64,000 nt of DNA, from NCBI GenBank assembly GCA_028534125.1, contig CM052817.1:21268001-21332000 (forward strand), written 5' to 3'. Below the pieces are notes generated by a model. It was not told the DNA's origin, searched no databases, and worked only from the letters and a program-made list of their open reading frames with translations. Origin of the DNA: Lama glama (lineage: Eukaryota). Every line of letters begins with the position of its first letter. Positions within the stretch are counted from its first letter, which is position 1. The position numbers and the translations under genes were made by a program. Shown here one piece after another: positions 22,056-34,965 of this stretch.

Positions 22056-25000
22056 ATTGATAATGCTCTACTTCATAAACTGTGGTTTATTCACAGGTGT
22101 TTCTTTTGCCATTATGCTTTATAACTTTCAAAGATAATTATTTGTATAAATATTTCATTTCCCAATCCCGAAATCCTCTCATGGTCTTTGTAATTGCTGT
22201 TTGAAATCATTTAAGATATTTTACTGATATACAGCTTGTATTTTGCATTATAATGAATATTAAATATTAAAATAGTAAAATTCCACATTGATCATAAAAT
22301 CACAAAAGCACAAAATACTTTTAATGCATAAATCTCTTCTTTGTCATCACTGAACACACTGTCACTCAGTCTCTCAGTGTTCATATCTATAAGTGGAATG
22401 TCATTATCACCAGAAGCCATCTGTTCAAAGTTGGACAGCATGAGTTGTTAGGCAAGTCCTGTGGTATATGTACCAGAACCTCCTTGTCTGTCAGATTATA
22501 CATGCATTTTATTCAAAAATTATTCTAGTTTTGCTCTCTAAAGTCACACAGAACAAATATATTTTCAAAATAACTGAAATATAAATATTTCATTTTATCA
22601 TCATATATGAACAGTTAGAAAAATGTTAACAATTGGATTCCCCTCTCATCACAGAATGTTATGTGATTGGTGTTCATTCCTCAAATTTACTACCCCTAGA
22701 CTCAACCTAATATTCCAGAGATGAAACAAATTATTCCAAAAAATTATGTTCCTTACAATACAACATTCCAAAAGTTATCAACTTTTGATAGGACATTACC
22801 ATTCATCTTTAACTAGATAAATGATAGAAAGATAGATGAAAAATAGATAGAACTGTAAAAACTCCAATTATCAACTATGCTGTACCAGAAACTGAGTAAA
22901 ATAATGATTACAGAATTTTAAACGTGTTAAGTTTTATTTTGAGGGTTGTATTCAGAATTTTTAAACTATTAAAATGGTCTTGAATGTTAAAATTACAATT
23001 TAATATTACCTTCTCTTTTGCCTAATTTATGTATACATTTAGAAAATAAGCTTTTCGCTCATCTTAGTGTCTTTAAAATAATTTGAATATTTCATAGCAA
23101 AGGAAAGACTCACATTGTATTTAACTACAGTGTGATAGAAACGCTAATGTTTTCAGTGTGGGTGCTCGGGAGCGGCAGAGGTACATGACAGATGTAACTG
23201 GCATTCAGTACACGTTTTTTTTTCTTATTTCACCCAACCACTGATAAAAATCAGCCAGAGGGACACATTTTGGCAGACTGATATTTGGGGTCAAAATGAT
23301 CAAATGACGTTTAGAATATGAAGACAGGAATTCCCACCTGTGTATTTAAATTTATATTCAGACTGTAACTTCTCTTTTTATGACCACAGCTTTTCTAAGG
23401 CCTGGTTTTACATTCATTTTAAAATGACTCTGAATGATGGAACAAGTTAAAATTGTATTTTAATTATCATGAGTCATATGATTTTTTTCTTTCCACTATA
23501 AATATATTCTTATATTTGGTTGTTTTATGCAATGTGATTATAATTGAATAGTAAATTAAAATAAAAATTAATGTGGAATTGAACATGTTATATACAATTG
23601 TATATGAAATACATGACATGAATTATATGTTACACAGAAATCAGTATCTCTGTAATTGCTTCACCTATAACAAACCAGATATTTAAACATGTAAACAGAC
23701 CAGTCTAGATCAATAATGAAGTTCGACTTTTTCTATCACAAAAGTAAATCTCTCCCATTCTAGGCCAAGGAAATGGCTATCATATATTAACCTATGATTG
23801 TAAGTTTATAGTGATAAAATTTCTTCCTAATAATAATTACCCTTTCAAGAACTTAATCATCTACATTAAGTCTGTTGGGTTAAATATAAGTAAGTTTCAC
23901 AAAAACTTGTAGTAAAATTCATCTTTGTGTAAGATACTGGCATTCAGAGTTATGGTCTTCAGATACTGATCAATCAGTAACCAGTAGGGTGGTCCGTTGT
24001 GGATTCCCAAATTGTTCTGTTCCTCTGTATACTCACCCATTTAAAAAAACGTGGTTAACTAAGTACCCTTTATGATTAACTGTGGCTCTAAATCTCTTCA
24101 ACTTTATTTAAATACCTTGAGTGTCTCAATACTCAGAGTAAAAATTCACTTGTTTTACTATTTTTACATATGTCACTTTGGCTATAAATAAGACTGTCAA
24201 CATTTGAGTTTACCAAGTTCTTAAAACACATAGCAAAGAACTAGAACTCCATTCTTTCCATAAACATAAGTGTAAATATAGAATGCAAAATTAATGAAAA
24301 TACATATTTATAAATTGTTTGCAATGTTTTTATAGATTAAGCTACATTGTGGATTTAAGGGAAGATTATTTCAGGAAAACATTCATTTATATGAAGAATA
24401 AAATTCATAACAGTTAAATTAAGTGCATCCATTGAAAACATTTTAAAGGTTTTTTTTAATGTAGTAACTAGAATATTGCCTAATCTCTATAAAATGTATT
24501 TGTAAATAAATCATAACTGTTTGCATATTCACTAATACTTTTAAAATGAATTTTAGGAGCTTTGTACTTTGTACTCACATGTCTTCTTAAGATGACTTTG
24601 TTAAAACTAGGCTTATAAAATATAGTTAATTATCATCATTTCCATCATTGGACAGTGCACAATTGTCATCATTAGTTTTACGTGTGAACAGTTTGTCCAA
24701 GATATCATCTCTTTGCTTTGTCATCCAATCCACTAGATTTGGCAAAATGCATTTCGTGGGAAAACAAGAAGATAGCTCAGTGATCGCCTTGCAACAGCAT
24801 TGTTACTTGACAGTTGAGTAACCTCAGACTCTGCTTTTTGTGTTTCAGGTGGGTTTGAAGGGAGCTTAACTTGATCACATCTTTGAGTTAAGATTTTTAT
24901 GTTTTTCTAGAGCTAAGGTTTTCTTAGCAGGGCTCTAAGCTGTCATGGGGTAAGTATATTCTTATCTTGCTGTCCTTTGTAGCATGACATCATGACTAAA

Positions 25001-25864
25001 GATGAGAAGCATATACTGGATTGCAGACACCTGAGCTGAATTTTGATGGACTTTCTGTACATTTTGTAATCCCTGGGGACAGAAAATCACGCCCCCTGAT
25101 TCACCAAAGGACCAGTTGATGCTTCAAAGAGAAAGAAGACGAATTTCCTAAAAGACAAATGCTAAAAGTATATAATGAGTTACTTAGATGAATGACATTA
25201 GTCTTGATAAAAATTACCTAATTACAATATTAGATGCAGTCTTTGCTACAGTAAAGTTTATAAACTCCAAATATTCATTTAGGCTAAAAAAAGTCACCTT
25301 TTAGGTAATAATTATACAAGTAGCATAAATATTTACATTGTGTCTTGCAGTTTAAAAATGTCACTCATCACATGAGTTTCTTTTTAATTAATTGTGTCAT
25401 AAAAAGTTAATAAAAAGTGATTTTCTACTTAAATAATTTATATCCTGGTTCCTATTAGTCATATTTTTTTATTTCTGTGTAGCTGTAATATTTCAGAGAA
25501 CATATAAATGGACTTAATGGTTGGCATTTTTAAGAAAAATTTTTGTCATTTTAAAAGTGTTGATTTTTATTTAGAGTGTTTCAACCTATGTTAACAGTAA
25601 TAAATTTTGAATTATATAATATGCCTTTTAAGCATGACAGGAGCTATCATGATAATTTGTTGCTGACATAATAACCTAATATAATAATAAGCTCTATGAT
25701 TGTCAAATACCCTCAAATTGCTGGCATCAAACTTTTCCTACTCTACATCCTGCAAAATCTTAGAATAAATTAGTTGATCTGAATGCTTTTTGTCTTTGTC
25801 TTCCAAGTTCTTTTATTAGAATGTTGAGGGAAAGAAAATCAATTAATACAGGGTTGACAGCCTT

Positions 25865-26300
25865 TATTCAAACATTACTCATACAAAATGCTTTTTCTTT
25901 GTTTGTTTGCTTTGAGTGCCTACTATTTACTAGACTGTACTATATGTTGGAAATAAAATATCAAGGAAATGAAAAGCAGAAACTGAACTCTTAACTTGCA
26001 GTTCAGTATAGGAGGAAGGCATTAAACAATTAAACGCATAAATGAATCGTCTCAACTTCGGCAAATGCTACAAAGTACGTGCTGATGTGCGTACTTAAAA
26101 TGGGAAATGTAATTTCATTTAGGGGTTAGATAGCAACTTCCTGAGGAAATAACAACCTCGCTGAGTTCTGAAGGATAAGCAGTAATTTTATAAGAGATGA
26201 GGCCGGGGAAAGAAAGGAAGGAGGAACTCTCTGTCGCATGTGCAAAGTCCAAAAGAAGCGTGGCATGTTTTAAAAAGCATCATCAACTTAAACAGGAAAC
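25865..26300 (-). mobile_element. L2 3' remnant
   Basis: 'ttattcaaacatt...ttgagtgcctactatttactagactgtact...cttcctgaggaaataac...ctgagttctgaaggataagcag'. Confidence 0.6.
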
Positions 26301-26364
26301 AAAGGATGTTTTTTGAAAGCAGGTTGTCACAGTATACAATAATTTATTCAGTTAAAATTGTTTA

Positions 26365-26520
26365 TCCCTTATTTATATTTCCACTTTACAGATGAGTTAA
26401 CTAAGACCCTAAAGTATGTAAATTCACCGAAGCAAATACATAATGTACAGCAAAGCAGGGATTTGAAACCAGTTAGACTGACTCCAGAGTTTCTATGCTT
26501 CCCAATATTGTATCCAGCAT
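26365..26520 (-). mobile_element. MIR remnant
   Basis: 'ccactttacagatgagttaactaag...gcagggatttgaaaccagttagactgactccagag'. Confidence 0.7.
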
Positions 26521-26615
26521 CTTATATGAAAAAAAAAAAAGACTCTTTAAGAAATTGGGATAGAATAGATCAATTTCTTAGATAATTGAGGGATGCATGA
26601 CTTTGGTAGTTAAGA

Positions 26616-26800
26616 TCAGCAATGTTGCCTAGATGTGCCATAGTGAAGTCTGAGACAAAAGGAAAAATACTAATCCTACTTTCCTCATGGTGGATTTTTT
26701 GTACTAATTTAAAAAATTGCACTAAAATATTATCTCGATGATGAGTTTTTGGTGCCTCTTTACATGTTGTGCCCAAGGCTACTACCCCAATCACCTCCTC
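26616..26800. mobile_element. MER91-like hAT MITE remnant
   Basis: 'aaaaaattgcactaaaatattatc...gagtttttggtgcctctttacatgttgtgcccaaggc' resembles MER91. Confidence 0.55.
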
Positions 26801-28827
26801 TTGTTCTACACGTGTAGGAGGGGAAAAGGAGCAGGGGTTAGAGCATATATGCAAAGGCATGGTGATGAGCCAGTATCGAAATGGCTGAAGAGGAAAATAA
26901 GCACATAAAAGGAATGATGAAGAAGAAACGACAGACAGTCAAAGCTAGAGATCCTAGGGATGTGAAATACATTTCTGAAGACGAAGTGGAAAGAGACCTA
27001 GAAGGTCAGGGAGTGTTGGTCAGAGTTTGAATTCCTTAGAATTGAGGTTTTGGAGAAGGCGAAGTTATTATTGGCCATAATAAAGAAAATGACGGAACAA
27101 AACTTAACACGATGCCAATTAAAATAGAGAATCTCTTACAGACGTTGCTACAATTGTACTTAAGGCTAATTAGCTCCCCAGTAAGTTTTATTGATACACA
27201 TATAAGTTTTAAAAGAGTTTATTTGTATGATATAAAATATTTTGAGACTACTTAAGTACTATATGATATAGGATCATATTGCTTGTCAACTGGCCAAAAT
27301 ATTTTTGATGCATTTGATGCCAAAACTGAATAAAGTGGATGAAATAAGAGCCAGAAAACAGAGCCTGCACTCAGCTTCTGTATTTATTTTGAACCAGAAC
27401 TCATATTCACATAATGAATTTCTATAAATCATGATTTTTCAAACCTTAAAATATAATTACAAGTGATAATTTATAATTATTGTCCCTGGCTTTTCCTAGA
27501 GTCCTTAACAGCTTCTATGATAAATGATGGTTATGTGCAATATGGTATGTTAACAACTGAATTAGAACATCCTGACCATATGTCTATCACTGCAGGCAAA
27601 GTCCAAAAGGATGATGTGAAGATAAAAACATAGGATAAGCTCCCCTCCTAATTACGTGAAACTAGAAACTGATGGTTGACAGATAATAAATGAGATGTAA
27701 AATTATTGCTTCAAATGTTTGGATATTAATAAATGGGGACATTTATGAAAATATATGCAATGCCCAGGAGTTAGGGCAGAGTTTCCACTCAGAGAAATAT
27801 ATATACTTAACTAAATTCTTCTTAATATGAGATCAAATGCAGAATTTATTAATTTAAACACAAGAACTTCAAACCATAAATCTCAGTGAGGTTACACCTT
27901 TTTAAAGCTGCAAATTGAAGTTAACAGGTCAAAATCAATTAGGTTTGCTAATCTGTTCACAAAGGTGTAAATTCTTAATCAGAATTTATTACAAGGCTGA
28001 CAATGTAATTTAACAGCAGTACTTAAATCCTGATCAGACAGTTCAACTTTCCAACTCAGGTTCATTTTTTTCCTTGAAGGAAATAGAAAGACTATTTTAA
28101 TGTTAGCATCATAAGCCAATTGTAATATTATACATATACAATACATACAAGGTGTTGCACATAAATATATCATTTATGGGTTAGAAATGATATTACTCAG
28201 TACTAGGATTTTGGACATATTTTATGAGGGTTGGCATTTGACATTTATATTATTGGCACATTCTTTTATGTTGGAATGGATCAGGTGGTAACTTTTCTTA
28301 AAATTCCTATGTTGAAGTCATCTCAAGAATGTTCTCAATTTTCTATTATAAGGACTACTTCAGAGCAGTGTAGTTCCTTTTGAAATGAAGTCAGTTCTAC
28401 TCTCACCACTGCCACTGGTGACAAGAGATTCCATTTGTTTCAAATTTGTTCGGCAAAATTGGTCCCCTTAGATGTCTTGCAAATTTTGCCGTGCCCAGTG
28501 CCTTCAGAGAGTGACATGTGGAATATCTGTGGTAGCTGAGTCTGGAGATTAAACTTTTAATTTTTGCTTCAACTGAATGGATGGATGTCTATTGGGAAGC
28601 CAAAACAAGTCATTTGGAGTGGATATTGATAGATACTATAGAGAGTTCAAGTCTCCTTTTGCTCTGGAAACTCAGTTCTGTCTTGGCTTACATAAGAGCA
28701 CATATTCCTCCATGATGAGAATAAGCTCATGGAAAGTTAACTGTATTACATTTCTGAGAGCTTAATTTCAAAAGAAATACCTCACACTGGAATTTGGTTT
28801 CATGTGCTTTGTGTGTTATTTGGAGTA

Positions 28828-31213
28828 CAGGCCTACCTGAGAAATAGTGTGAGTTGGATTCCAGACCACTGCAATAAACAAAATATCACAGTAAAGCCAG
28901 TCACACAAATTTTTTGGTTTCCCAGTGCATATAAAACTTATGTTTACACTTTAGTCTATTAATTGTTCAATAGCATTATACCTATAAAATAATATACATA
29001 CCTTAATTTTAAAATAATACTTTATTGCTAAAAAATGCTAAATGTCATCTGAACCTTCTCTGAGTCCTAATCTTTTTGCTGGTGGAGAGTTTTGGTTTAA
29101 TGTTCTGGCTGCTGACTGATCAGGTGGTGGTTGCTGAAGGTCTGAGTGGCTATGGCAAGACAACAGTGAAGTCTGCTGCATCCACTGACTCTTCCTTTCA
29201 TGAGCTATTTCTCTGTGGCCTGTAATGCTCTTTAATAGTGTTTCACTCACAAAAGAAATTCTTTCAAAACTGGAGTCAATTTTCTCAAACCCCGCTACTG
29301 CTTTATCAACTAAGTTTAGGTAATATTCTAAACTCTTTGCTGTCATTTCAACAGTCTTCACAGTGTCTTCACCAGGAGTAAATTCCATCGCAAGAAACCA
29401 CTTAGTTTGCTCATCCATAAGAAGCAAATTCTCATTTGTTAAAGTGTTATTATGAGACTGCAGCAATTCTGTCACATCTTCAGGCTCCACTTCCAAATCT
29501 AGTTCTCTTGTTGTTTTCGCCTTGTCTGCAGTTCCTTCCACCTCTGGAGTCTTGAGCTCTTCAAAGTTTTTCACAAGGTTTGGAATCAGTTTCTTCCTAA
29601 TTCCTGTTCATGTTGACCTCTTCTCATGAATCAAGAATGTTCTTAATGGCATGTTCTGGAATGGTGAATCCTTTCCAGAAGGTTTTCAATTTAATTTGCC
29701 TAGATCCATCAGAGGAATTACCATCTACGCCAGCTATAGCCTTAGGAAATGTAATTCTTAAATAGTAAGATTTGAAAGTCGAAATGACTCCTTGATCCCT
29801 GGGCTGCAGAACAGATATTGTGTTAGCAGACATGAAAACATTAATCTCATTGTGTATCTCCTTTGGAGCTCTTGGGTGACAGGTGCATTGTCAATGAAAA
29901 GTAATATTCTGAAAGAAAACTTTCTTTTTCCCTGAGAAGTAGGTCTCAATAGTGGACTTTCAATATTAAATAAATCATGTTGTCAATACCAGTCCTGTCA
30001 CACAGGCTTTGTTGTTCCTTTGATAGGGCATAGGCAGAGTAGATTTAGCATGATTCCTAAGGGCCCTAGGGCTTTCAGAATGGTAAATGAACATTGGCTT
30101 CAACTTAAAGTCACCAGCTACATTAACCCCTAACAAAAAAGTCAGCCTGTCCTTTGGAGCCAGGTATTGACTTCTCCTCTCTAGCTATGGAAATCCTAAA
30201 TGTCATGTTCTTCCAATATAAGACTGCTTTATCTATATTGAAAGTCAGCTTTTTTACCATAGCCACCTCCATTCATTATCTCAGCTAGATCATCTGGATA
30301 ATTTGCTGCAGCTTCTACATTGCTGCTTCACCTTGCACTTTCATATTATAGAGACACATTCTTTCCTTAAATTTCATGAACCAACCTGATAGCTAGCTTC
30401 CAATTTTTCATCTGCAGTGTCCTCACCTCTCTCATTCTTCATAGAACTGAAGTGAATTAGGGCTTTGCCCTGGACTAGGCTTTGGCTTAAGGGAATGTTG
30501 TGGCTGGTTTGATCTTCTATCCAGACCACTAAAACTTTCTCCATATCAGCAATAAGACTGTTTCACTTTCTTATCATTCATTTGTTCAAAAGAGTAGCAC
30601 TTTTCCTTCAAGAACTTTTCTTTTGCAGTTTGCATTTACAACTTGGCTAACTGTCTGGCACAAGAGACCCAGCTTTTGGCCTATCTTGGATTTCAACATC
30701 CCTTTCCCACTAAGCTTAATCATTTCTAGCTCTTGATTTAAAGTGAGAGATGTGCAAGTCTTCTTTCAAATTGCACACTTAGCAGCCATTGCAGGGTTAT
30801 TAATTGGCCTAATTTTAATATTGTTGTGTCTTAGGGAATAAGGGACACACAAAGAGATGAAGAGAGATGGGGAAAGTCAGGTTGGTAGAGCAAGTCAGAA
30901 ATCACAAAACATCTACCAATAAATTTGCCATCTTACATTGGCATGATTCATGGAGTCCCAAAACAATCATAATAGTAACATCAAAGATCACTGATCATAA
31001 ACCATCATAACAAATATAATAATAATGAAACAGTTTGAAGTTTTGTGACAATTGCCAAATGTAAGACAAATACACAAAATGAGCAAATATTGTTGGAAAA
31101 ATGGGGCCGATAGGCTTGCTTCATGCAGGGCTGCCAACAACACTCAATTTGCAAAAGAAACAAATATTTGTAAAGTGCAATAAAACAAAGCTCAATAAAA
31201 TGAAATATGCTTG
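28828..31213 (-). mobile_element. Near full-length Tigger1 DNA transposon (~2.39 kb)
   Basis: Termini 'caggcctacctgagaaatagtgtgagttggattccagaccactgcaataaa' and 'caataaaatgaaatatgcttg', each flanked by TA; internal transposase remnants on the minus strand. Confidence 0.95.
29038..29949 (-). pseudogene. Frameshifted pogo/Tigger DDE transposase, C-terminal half
   Basis: Three broken ORFs: [44 protein letters not shown]. Confidence 0.92.
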
Positions 31214-31715
31214 TATATTGTTGTGTCTCGATTTTGAAAATTTCTACTCAGAACTACATCAAAATAATACAAGAAAACTGCATCATTTTTATATTAGTAT
31301 TTATTGGACATCTGCTTTTGATGATGGGTTTCTAGATATTGGTTGATATAGCAGTGAATGAGATAAACACAATATCTGCTTTATAAAAAGTCCACCTAAT
31401 TGATTATACAAATAGTCACATATCTCAGAAATGTATTTTATAGAGTTATAAAGATAAAACAATCTAAATCATTTATTATTCAATGAAGAAAACTGCAGTC
31501 CAGAGAGTTTGAATGGTTTGTTAATATTAATAAGCTAATTACTAACAGATTGATCTGAGACTCAAGTCTTCTAATTGTGTCCAATGTGGCATAATTGTAT
31601 CCATGTTTTAAATTTCCAATTATTATTCACTCCTCCTATAACTGCTGAGGATAAAGGACTAACGTAAGATTTTTTTCTTTACTTTGAAGGTTTTTTGTCT
31701 AAAAATACTATGTGT

Positions 31716-31814
31716 TTTATATATATTATGTGTAATATATATAAATGAATCATTTTGCTGTGTACCCGAAACTAATATTGTAAATCAACTACATTTCAAT
31801 AAAAAGATAAGAAT
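31716..31814 (+). mobile_element. Severely 5'-truncated recent L1 3' terminus with 16-bp TSD
   Basis: 'atgaatcattttgctgtgtacccgaaactaatattgtaaatcaactacatttcaataaaaa'; TSD taaaaatactatgtgt at 31700-31715 and 31815-31830. Confidence 0.85.
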
Positions 31815-32679
31815 TAAAAATACTATGTGTGTGTGTGTGTGTGTATGTGTGTATATGCGGAGAGAGAGATATCCTAAGAAGATGGCCTAGTAATTTTCAA
31901 AGAAAAAGTCACTGCTTATATTAACCTAACGCTAATTAGAAGTAAGAATTTTCAGGAAAAAGCAGAGTTTGCGGAAAATCTGTCCTGAAATATTAATTTT
32001 TAGTACTCATTTTGTAGAGCTGAGATGACAGAGGTTCACAATGTCAAAGACGCATTATACAGACGTCAGTTTTCTAATAGATGTCTGAGTAGAAAATGTT
32101 TTAGTTAATCTGATTGATTTTCAAGCTATTTTGAAATCATCAGTGGACCCTAGAAAGCCTTCTAAAGAGGATTTACTTTCAACAACCCCTCAGGTTAAAA
32201 TGGTTAACAGCTAGATTAAGTGCTGTACCTTCAGTGACCTGAAAGGCAAAGGGAAAGAGCACAAATGAATAATTTGTAGCAATGTTGTACTTTATTCCCA
32301 TTAAATACAGACAGAAAAAAAAATGAAGAGAAACTTGGTTACTGAATAGTAGAATTTTAGAACTGAAATGATCTTAGATAAAATTGGGACACTTTCTATG
32401 TGTCAAGCATTTTGCTAAATATTTCATATTCACTATTTAATTGTAATGCTCACAATGCATGATAAGTAATAATATTTTAATTTGACTGATGTAGAAATGA
32501 AAGGAGTATCCTAATTTTGCTTTCTTTTTCAAATAAGACAGCCGAAATTCAGAAAGAGATTTGACATCCTTAGCAGGGCTTAGCAGTCCAGTGAATTAGA
32601 ACCTCAGACTCTGGCGATCTCTTACTCCTAGCTTAGCATGTAATTATCTCTATTAATACTGTATGTATGTGTAAGACAA

Positions 32680-32740
32680 TAGATGGGTAGGTAGAAAGAC
32701 AGACAGACAGATAGATAGATAGATAGATAGATAGATGTAG
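32680..32740. repeat. Compound (GACA)n/(GATA)n microsatellite
   Basis: agacagacagacagatagatagatagatagatagatagat. Confidence 0.9.
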
Positions 32741-34244
32741 GTAAAATAGGTGTAAAAATATGTATCTTGAAAATATGAGTAGGAAATTTGTAGAATTCTA
32801 ATAATAATAAAGCTAAGTCTAATATATTGCATAAACATACTTTGAAGATATGCAATAGAAATATTAACATTTAATTTTTATTTCAATGAAATCAGATTTA
32901 TATAAATTTTCAATTAAGAAAGTCCAACTATGTATTCTCTTATTGCTTTTTTAAGTACAAATATGGTCACATACTACTACATAATGAACATTTTAAAAGG
33001 CTTGTAATTAAGTAATGATTCTGTTTGACTTGGTTTTTGTTTTTCATGCACATTTGAATTTTACTTCAGTGAAATATTACAATAAATGCATACTTGTTTA
33101 AAAAGACAGGAAAGTATTCTTCATGTATTTTCCATAATAAAAAAGTCTGCAAGTACAAAGGGAAAAACTATTTTTGAATAATATTTGTATCTACTTGTGA
33201 GTTTTGCCTTAAAAATCCTTTCCACATAAATAAAGATGAAATTGAAACAAGGTAATTTAACTTTTAATTTCTGGCCATTGTAGTAATTCATGTTCAGCTT
33301 GAAAAAATATAATATGAAGAGAAAAATTAATCTGCAATTATTCATTCCATGATAATTACTGACATTTTTATTTTGCCTATAAAAGTACATATGATTATGT
33401 GTGTTTGTGTAAAAATACATAGTGTATTTACTTCTAGGACACTGGTTTCACATATCAATGTATGATAAAAGTCTCATGTATGAATAATTTTTTTCAGAAA
33501 AGCATAGGTAATAATGACTTCATCTTATGATATAAAATTATAACTAAGCTCAGCTGAAACTGAGAAATTTTACTTATTGGTCTTATCCTACATATAAAAG
33601 ACAAATGTAGAATGTTAATCTTTTCCATTATCTGTTTTTACTAATATTTTATGTGACAGTGTATTTTCCTGATTTCTTTGGTTTTGGAGCTTATAATATG
33701 AAAAGTTAGCAGTTTATAATATCAAATTAAAATATTAATTATAATGTTAAATGTGAAATATGCCTGGGAAAATGCATGATTTTTAATTTCTGCCTCATTC
33801 ATTTTTCCATCTTCCAAATTCTTTGTGGTCAATACACAGTACTTTAATAATTAGAGAAACTAAACTAATATTTAAGAAAAAAGTAAAACTTAGCAGTATC
33901 AAAAACATGGGATGAATTATTTGAATTAAGTTTTTTAGAGAATAAAAGTTATTTTAAAACAAAATGATTTAGATACAGCATTTAGAAGTTGTTTAATCCA
34001 AAAGGGCTTCAATAAATAGCTTTTTAAATAAAAGAAATTAACAAGTAAGATTTAAAGTAATTTTCCAGTTTCAGATTCAGTGTGACATAAATCAGCAGAG
34101 GTTGATCACATTCACAAGAGCCAATAAACTGTATATTAACTCTGAGATGTACTAAAAATGAAATTTACATGAAGACCCTTTACAAAATGTCTTACAGAGT
34201 CAAAAAGAAACAGGATCTGTAATTCTGAATCTGCCATTCACTAG

Positions 34245-34390
34245 GCCAGGGCTTCTCAAATTTTAATGTGCCGGTGACTCACTTAGGAAATTTGTTAATA
34301 GGTAGATTCTCAAGAATTCTGCATTTCTAACAACATTCAAGTGATGTCTGTATTGCTGGTCTGTGGACCACTCTTTGAATTGCAGGTTTC
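34245..34390. mobile_element. MER5A-like hAT MITE inserted in a MIR remnant
   Basis: 'ccagggcttctcaaattttaatgtg...ctgcatttctaacaa...gctggtctgtggaccactctttga'. Confidence 0.75.
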
Positions 34391-34965
34391 TGGGTGCTCT
34401 GTTAGTTCCTTCATGTGTATTGGCTATTAGCTTATGGTACTATGTCAAATTTGTAAATTATAAATCTGAGGAAGGAAGTAGGTAAGCAACTTATTAAATC
34501 TCTCAGTGATCTGCTATTTTCCTATTGCTGCTAACACATTACCACAAATTCATTTGCTTAAGATAACATGAATTTATTATCTTTAAGTTCCACAGGTCAG
34601 AGGTCTGATTTGGCCTAAAATCAAGGTGTTGGAAGGGATGAACTCCTTCTGGAAACTCCAGGGGAGAACCTGTTTCCTTACCGTTTCCTAGAGGCCACCC
34701 TCATTTGCTGGCTTTGGCCTCATTCCTCCATCTTGGAAGCCGGCAAAATGACTGAGTCCCTCCCATGGTGCTATCTTCCAGATTCTCTGTTTCAGTTGTC
34801 ACATCTCCATCTTCAAGTCTGGCTCCTTTCTGCCTTACTCTTCTACTTTTAATTCCAAGTGATCACTTTGGACCCAACTGGATAAACTAGGATTATCTCC
34901 TTATTTTAAGGATGCTTGATTAGCAACCTTAATTCCACTTGCAACTTTAATTCCCCTTTGGCATG

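Noticed and set aside
28451..28491. 10-bp inverted repeat cggcaaaatt/aattttgccg with 21-nt spacer
   Set aside because: Plausible by chance in 64 kb; no TSD or further structure
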